From Propionibacteriaceae bacterium (GTDB lineage: Bacteria > Actinomycetota > Actinomycetes > Propionibacteriales > Propionibacteriaceae): a DNA stretch of 32,000 nucleotides. Each line of letters opens with the position of its first letter. The first letter of the stretch is position 1. Where the stretch lies: NCBI GenBank assembly GCA_031256725.1, contig JAIRQE010000005.1, forward strand, positions 30,001 to 62,000, read 5' to 3'. Below are positions 28,085 to 32,000 of this stretch, piece by piece. Both the position numbers and the translations under genes were made by a program. A model generated the notes under the pieces. That model worked only from the letters and a program-made list of their open reading frames with translations. It made no database searches and was not told the origin of the DNA.

Positions 28085-29395
28085 TCAGAAGAGGTCCAGG
28101 AAGCGGTCAAAAGCATCCACGGCGAATTCCAAGGATTCGATGGGGATTCTCTCATCGACACCATGGAACATGGAGACGAAATCATAGTCTTGCGGAAGTC
28201 TTAAAGGCACGAACCCGTAACATTCGATCCCCAACTTGGACCACGACTTCGCGTCGGTTCCGGCGGAGAGAAGATAGGGAGTCATTCGAGCATCCGGGTC
28301 AAAGTCACGAATGGCGGTGGTCATCGCCTCAGTGATGGGTACGCCCCATGGGGCCTCCACCCCTGGTTGTTCATGAAGGATCTCCATGCGTACCTTTTCA
28401 CCAATGATCTGACGTACCTCCTGAAGGAACTCGGAGCGCCGCCCTGGCAGATAGCGCCCATCGACGCAAGCCTCGGCCACCGCCGGGATGACATTCGCCT
28501 TATAACCAGCCGACAGCATCGTGGGTGTCAGGGTGTGACTCATCGTCGCGCTCACCATGCGCGAGATCGACCCCAATTGTTGAAGGGTCTGCTCGGTGGT
28601 GTCCGCGGTGATCTTCACGCCCAGCGCCTCACCCACATTGTCAAGGAACCCCTGTTGAGCAGGATGGAGGTGGCTCGGCCATTTATGGGAATCAATGGCG
28701 GTGATGGCTTTCGCCAACTCTGCGACGGCATTGTCATCATTGAGCATCGACCCGTGACCAGCCGTACCCTCGGCAATAAGCTTCAACCATGCGAGACCCT
28801 TCTCGGCGGTCTGAATCAGGTAAAGCCGTTGCCCGGCGACCGTGAGAGAAAACCCACCCACCTCACCGATGGCATGGGTGCAATCAGCGAGCAGATCGGG
28901 GTGATTCTTCGTCAGCCATACTGCTCCCAGAGGCCCACCAGCTTCCTCGTCGGCGCTGAAAACCAGGCGAATCGGGCGCTTGGGTGGGCGATTCGTGCGA
29001 ACCCGATCCCTGACAATGGCCAACACAACCGCATCGAAATCCTTCATATCGATGGCACCTCGACCCCAAATGAAACCATCCTTGATCTCGCCTGAGAAGG
29101 GGTCAATCGACCATTCATCAGCGATGGCAGGAACAACATCTGTGTGCCCGTGGATGAGGAGAGGCGGGAGACTTGAGTCGCATCCCTGAGGTTCCCAGTG
29201 GGCGACAAGGGTAGACCGACGGGGCTCAGACTCAAAGATCTGGGTAGAAATCCCCACATCCTCAAGGTGTGTGGCGATGAACTCAGCCGCGTCGCGCTCC
29301 CCAGGACCCTCAACCCCAGGGCCATAGTTAGAGGTATCAAACCGAATCAACTCTGAGGTGAACTGTACGGCTTCTGCGCGCGCTTCGATGCTCAT
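28085..29395 (-). CDS. M20/M25/M40 family metallopeptidase (dipeptidase/DapE-like)
   Basis: 436 aa with LLIHGHTDVVP, GRGAIDMKD, FSADEEAGG and C-terminal HGVDERI, which are M20 metal- and catalytic-residue motifs. Confidence 0.88.
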   Translation of the reverse strand: MSIEARAEAVQFTSELIRFDTSNYGPGVEGPGERDAAEFIATHLEDVGISTQIFESEPRRSTLVAHWEPQGCDSSLPPLLIHGHTDVVPAIADEWSIDPFSGEIKDGFIWGRGAIDMKDFDAVVLAIVRDRVRTNRPPKRPIRLVFSADEEAGGPLGAVWLTKNHPDLLADCTHAIGEVGGFSLTVAGQRLYLIQTAEKGLAWLKLIAEGTAGHGSMLNDDNAVAELAKAITAIDSHKWPSHLHPAQQGFLDNVGEALGVKITADTTEQTLQQLGSISRMVSATMSHTLTPTMLSAGYKANVIPAVAEACVDGRYLPGRRSEFLQEVRQIIGEKVRMEILHEQPGVEAPWGVPITEAMTTAIRDFDPDARMTPYLLSAGTDAKSWSKLGIECYGFVPLRLPQDYDFVSMFHGVDERIPIESLEFAVDAFDRFLDLF

Positions 29396-29483
29396 GGATT
29401 GATACTATCGTGGCTTGTGGGGAGAGCCAGACAAGGAGAATCTTCACCACCATGGACCACGAATCGCGAACTGACCCCAGAGT

Positions 29484-29492
29484 TGGTATAGT
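29484..29492 (+). promoter_or_regulatory. Candidate extended -10 promoter element for tRNA-Leu
   Basis: TGGTATAGT (TGnTATAAT-like) lies 21 nt upstream of the mature tRNA 5' end. No convincing -35 element. Confidence 0.3.
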
Positions 29493-29512
29493 TTCTCTGG
29501 ATTCAACACCTT

Positions 29513-29599
29513 GTCCGGGTGGCGGAATTGGTAGACGCGCTAGCTTGAGGTGCTAGTGACCCTTATACGGTCATGGAGGTTCAAGTCCTCTCTCGGACA
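29513..29599 (+). tRNA. tRNA-Leu (anticodon GAG), type II with a long variable arm
   Basis: Hand-folded. Acceptor stem GTCCGGG/CTCGGAC (one G-U), D-arm GCGGAATTGGTAGACGC, anticodon stem CTAGC/GCTAG with loop TTGAGGT, variable arm GACCCTTATACGGTCAT, T-arm GGAGGTTCAAGTCCTCT, discriminator A. CCA is not encoded. Confidence 0.93.
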
Positions 29600-29626
29600 C
29601 AAATCTGATATTTGTACAGAATCTAG

Positions 29627-29656
29627 GCCCCTGAACTCATCATTCAGGGGCTTTTA
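29627..29656 (+). terminator. Intrinsic terminator after tRNA-Leu
   Basis: The perfect 9-bp stem GCCCCTGAA / TTCAGGGGC has a 7-nt loop and is followed by TTTT. Confidence 0.62.
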
Positions 29657-29853
29657 CACAATCTCATTCGAATCGACTTTTACTCTGCCCAGAGAGTGAC
29701 AATGGGCAGTCCCCCCATGTTTTCATGGGTATCTCAAGCTTGAAGGTGATGTTCCTAGTACTGCCCCACCTATGAAGCGAGATCCGAGTCTGGATGCGAG
29801 GGTCTAAAAAATATCAATGTATTCCCGATTCTATTACGGGACTCTTAAGAATT

Positions 29854-29910
29854 TCGATTTCCGGTATGCTTGTCTTTCGTTTCCCGGTACCATTCGCTCT
29901 CGTTTCCCGG
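29854..29910. repeat. Three 11-mer cores at exact 23-bp spacing (iteron-like array) abutting the GNAT gene 3' end
   Basis: TCGATTTCCGG at 29854, TCGTTTCCCGG at 29877 and TCGTTTCCCGG at 29900. The last copy ends 5 nt before the stop codon of the minus-strand GNAT gene. Confidence 0.5.
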
Positions 29911-29915
29911 AAATT

Positions 29916-30545
29916 TTAGTCATCGAACCCAAGGTCAGGCCAATCATCCCTTGACCGTCTGGGGTCATCGGGGTAGATGACGGCACTCATGACATCGCGG
30001 TCTCCACAGTAGGGCGAACGGGTGAGGCCCATGTACTTCATGCCCACCCTTTCGGCGACGAAGGCTGAACTCTTATTGCCTTCAAAGGCGTACCACCACA
30101 TGCTCGTGGCTTGAATGGGGAGTCTTGGGTGGAAGGCAGCTTCGATAACTGAGCGTACGGCAGCGGGCATGATTCCGTTACCGCGGGCTCCGGCTCCAAG
30201 CCAATAACCAACGTCAACCTTGCGGTCACCATGGCGTTTGAGACCGATACTCCCCCATAGGCCCTCCAGTGGACCATCAGCGACCCACACAGCCCATACA
30301 AGCTCTGGACCCTCAGTCTCGGTGGTGTACGTCTTGGTGTTGATCTCACGCCAGGCGACGGACGTGTAATCGCGAATATAGTACTCCGCATCTTCAAGGG
30401 TGTACGGGTTGGGTACAGTTGTCCACATGGAAATCTGTGGATCCTGGCATAGTTCACACACCCTAGCCGTATCAAGCGAAGAAAAAGGCCTCAAGGTTAT
30501 GGGCATCCCAGTATGGGTGACCGCCGAAAGTATATGAACATCCAC
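29916..30545 (-). CDS. GNAT family N-acetyltransferase (RimJ/RimL-like)
   Basis: ITLRPFSSLD... N-terminus, and a GYWLGAGARGNGIMPAAV acetyl-CoA binding-like segment. The start is ambiguous between the GTG at 30545 and the ATG at 30506. Confidence 0.8.
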   Translation of the reverse strand: MDVHILSAVTHTGMPITLRPFSSLDTARVCELCQDPQISMWTTVPNPYTLEDAEYYIRDYTSVAWREINTKTYTTETEGPELVWAVWVADGPLEGLWGSIGLKRHGDRKVDVGYWLGAGARGNGIMPAAVRSVIEAAFHPRLPIQATSMWWYAFEGNKSSAFVAERVGMKYMGLTRSPYCGDRDVMSAVIYPDDPRRSRDDWPDLGFDD

Positions 30546-30605
30546 ATAGCTAGCGTACAGGGTCTCTGACCTACGATGGGTCCTCAGCCAAAGGCCATTG
30601 TGGAA

Positions 30606-31700
30606 CTAGGAGACCTTTCTCCGTACTGAGATGAGCGCAAGCCCCACTACCATCAGCAAGAACGCGAAAGCTCCGACACCAGTTTGTACACTAGCTCCGG
30701 TCTGTACCTTGGGAGTCGCAGGCTTTGCAGGTGTTTGTGTACTGTTTGCCTTGGGCTCCTCGGTCGCTACAGTGACAGTAACGACATAGGCCTTTGTACT
30801 ACCATCCTCGGCTGTTACTGTGTACGTCACTGGCTTGGTGAAGTCTTGTGCCCCTGTTGGGCTGATCGACGCACCATTATGAACAATGGTTGGGACTACA
30901 GAGGTCACATCTGTTCTGGTCGGCACCGTGACTGCAATAGTCGTACCAGTGATGACACCAGCAACTTCGCCGATGGTTAATGATGTGATCTCCTTCGTAG
31001 CTGAAGAAGTTTGGAATGAGGGAATAGAGACAAGCACCCAGGACTGTTCAAGATCTTGTCCATCCTCATCTGAAACGAAGACACGGATACTGGTGGTTTC
31101 CAGGCCATTGACCATGGCGTTAAACTCAAGACTGTGGTGTCCGATGGTGGTGGAGAGTGCATCATGACTCTTCGCCACTCCAGCATCAACAAACTGATCG
31201 ATCTTGACCCATCCTTCAACAGCGCTATCAAACTCAAGGGTGAACTTATCCTCGCTACTTCGAGCAACAGATGCATTCACTATTTCTGTTCGATCTTCGG
31301 TTGTTGGTTCAGCCAGCATTGGCGGTAGCGGGAAGACATATCTAAGAATCTCACCATCGTTGGCCTCACCTGAGGTCCAGAATGACAATTCAATCTCATT
31401 AGCCAGCTTCAATAACCCTGAACCATCATTGTGGGGCATGGCGAGAGTCCAAGAATTATGTCCAGCCTTCAAGGATAGACTAAGTGGATCTCCAAAGCCG
31501 GTTCCATTTACTCGCCAAGTAAAGACAACAGTCCCCTTCTCGGTTGCATCAAACTTCACAGTAAAAGTACTGTCGAAATGACGAGACAAGGTAATATTCG
31601 AAATCTCTGGTATTGCAGCTGAAGCGAGTGGAGCCACACTGGCTTGCAATAAGCCCAAGGCCACAGTGCACCCCACCACGATAGTGACCAGTTTCCTCAT
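30606..31700 (-). CDS. Secreted, C-terminally anchored surface protein with duplicated N-terminal beta-sandwich-like domains and an Ig-like domain
   Basis: I place the start at the ATG at 31700 (GGGAG SD), which gives the signal peptide MRKLVTIVVGCTVALGLLQASVAPLASAA. The ORF maximum of 31787 adds 29 non-signal residues. The C-terminus reads ...PKVQTGASVQTGVGAFAFLLMVVGLALISVRRKVS (motif + TM + basic tail). Confidence 0.75.
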   Translation of the reverse strand: MRKLVTIVVGCTVALGLLQASVAPLASAAIPEISNITLSRHFDSTFTVKFDATEKGTVVFTWRVNGTGFGDPLSLSLKAGHNSWTLAMPHNDGSGLLKLANEIELSFWTSGEANDGEILRYVFPLPPMLAEPTTEDRTEIVNASVARSSEDKFTLEFDSAVEGWVKIDQFVDAGVAKSHDALSTTIGHHSLEFNAMVNGLETTSIRVFVSDEDGQDLEQSWVLVSIPSFQTSSATKEITSLTIGEVAGVITGTTIAVTVPTRTDVTSVVPTIVHNGASISPTGAQDFTKPVTYTVTAEDGSTKAYVVTVTVATEEPKANSTQTPAKPATPKVQTGASVQTGVGAFAFLLMVVGLALISVRRKVS

Positions 31701-32000
31701 TGTCACTCCCTTCAAGGAATCTATGGTCTTCAAATGACCCCGCACTGGGACATCCGCATGTGGACCATAGTGTATGGACACTACCACACTATATAGAGAG
31801 TTTGGCTATATTCTCAGCTGGGGTACGACAGAACCCCCAGCCTGAGACTTGTTTTCGTTATTCGTGACGAAATCCTAGAAATCTATCACTGGCGTGGACA
31901 TTATGCCTAAGTACTTGATAGCTAACTGAAATCAATACGGTGCTCCTCCCGGGTTCTTATTCGAACCCGTTCGTCAACCACTTCCTTGACCTCAACATAG

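Noticed and set aside
28367-29095. 242-aa plus-strand ORF
   Set aside because: It is antisense within the M20 peptidase gene and has no motifs of its own.
29513-31800. tRNA-Leu-adjacent genomic island hypothesis
   Set aside because: There is no integrase, and I saw no direct repeat of the tRNA 3' end in the window. Only the lower GC of the surface-protein gene and the 23-bp repeat array hint at it. I kept it as a comment inside other findings rather than as a call.
31922-32000. A possible 25-codon C-terminal fragment of a minus-strand gene cut by the right window edge (..YVEVKEVVDERVRIRTREEHRIDFS*), and similarly a possible minus-strand start at 85 at the left edge
   Set aside because: Both are too short to support. 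They have no motif and no convincing SD, so I did not report them as features.
1-32000. CRISPR arrays, transposases/IS elements, prophage genes, toxin-antitoxin or known defence operons
   Set aside because: I looked for regularly spaced repeats, terminal inverted repeats, and DDE, tyrosine or serine recombinase motifs. None was found. The only repeats are the short intergenic motifs listed above.

Overview
This window looks like a gene-dense core chromosomal region of a mycothiol-producing actinobacterium. GC is in the mid-50s percent by eye, and the mshD, orphan glnR, ppk-mutT1 and lepA-hemW arrangements fit that placement. Most genes are housekeeping. On the minus strand there is a translation/cofactor cluster: folC, rplU, rpmA, obg, a glutaredoxin-like gene, nadD, rsfS and a YbjN-like gene. 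It is followed by fba, ppa, ygfZ plus a nitrobindin-like gene, the plus-strand block glnR-mshD-ppk-mutT1, a P-type ATPase, an ATCase, sanA, hemW-lepA, an M20 peptidase and tRNA-Leu(GAG). I saw no CRISPR array, transposase, integrase, phage genes or recognisable defence operon. The items most worth a second look are: (1) a PPK1 ORF with a ~1.7 kb in-frame, Pro/acid-rich N-terminal extension and an internal SD+ATG at the canonical PPK start; (2) two very small ORFs chained to rsfS by ATGA overlaps that share a DVDLD motif encoded by different codons; (3) a lower-GC solitary alpha-group (Dam/D12-like) N6-adenine methyltransferase placed directly after ppk-mutT1, in a window where GATC and GTAC are abundant; (4) a stand-alone E. 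coli-type ATCase outside any pyr operon; (5) a low-GC surface protein with a non-LPXTG QTG-type C-terminal anchor; and (6) several short repeat or palindrome arrays in the longer intergenic spacers. Functional calls rest on motifs I recognised by eye. No database search was run.
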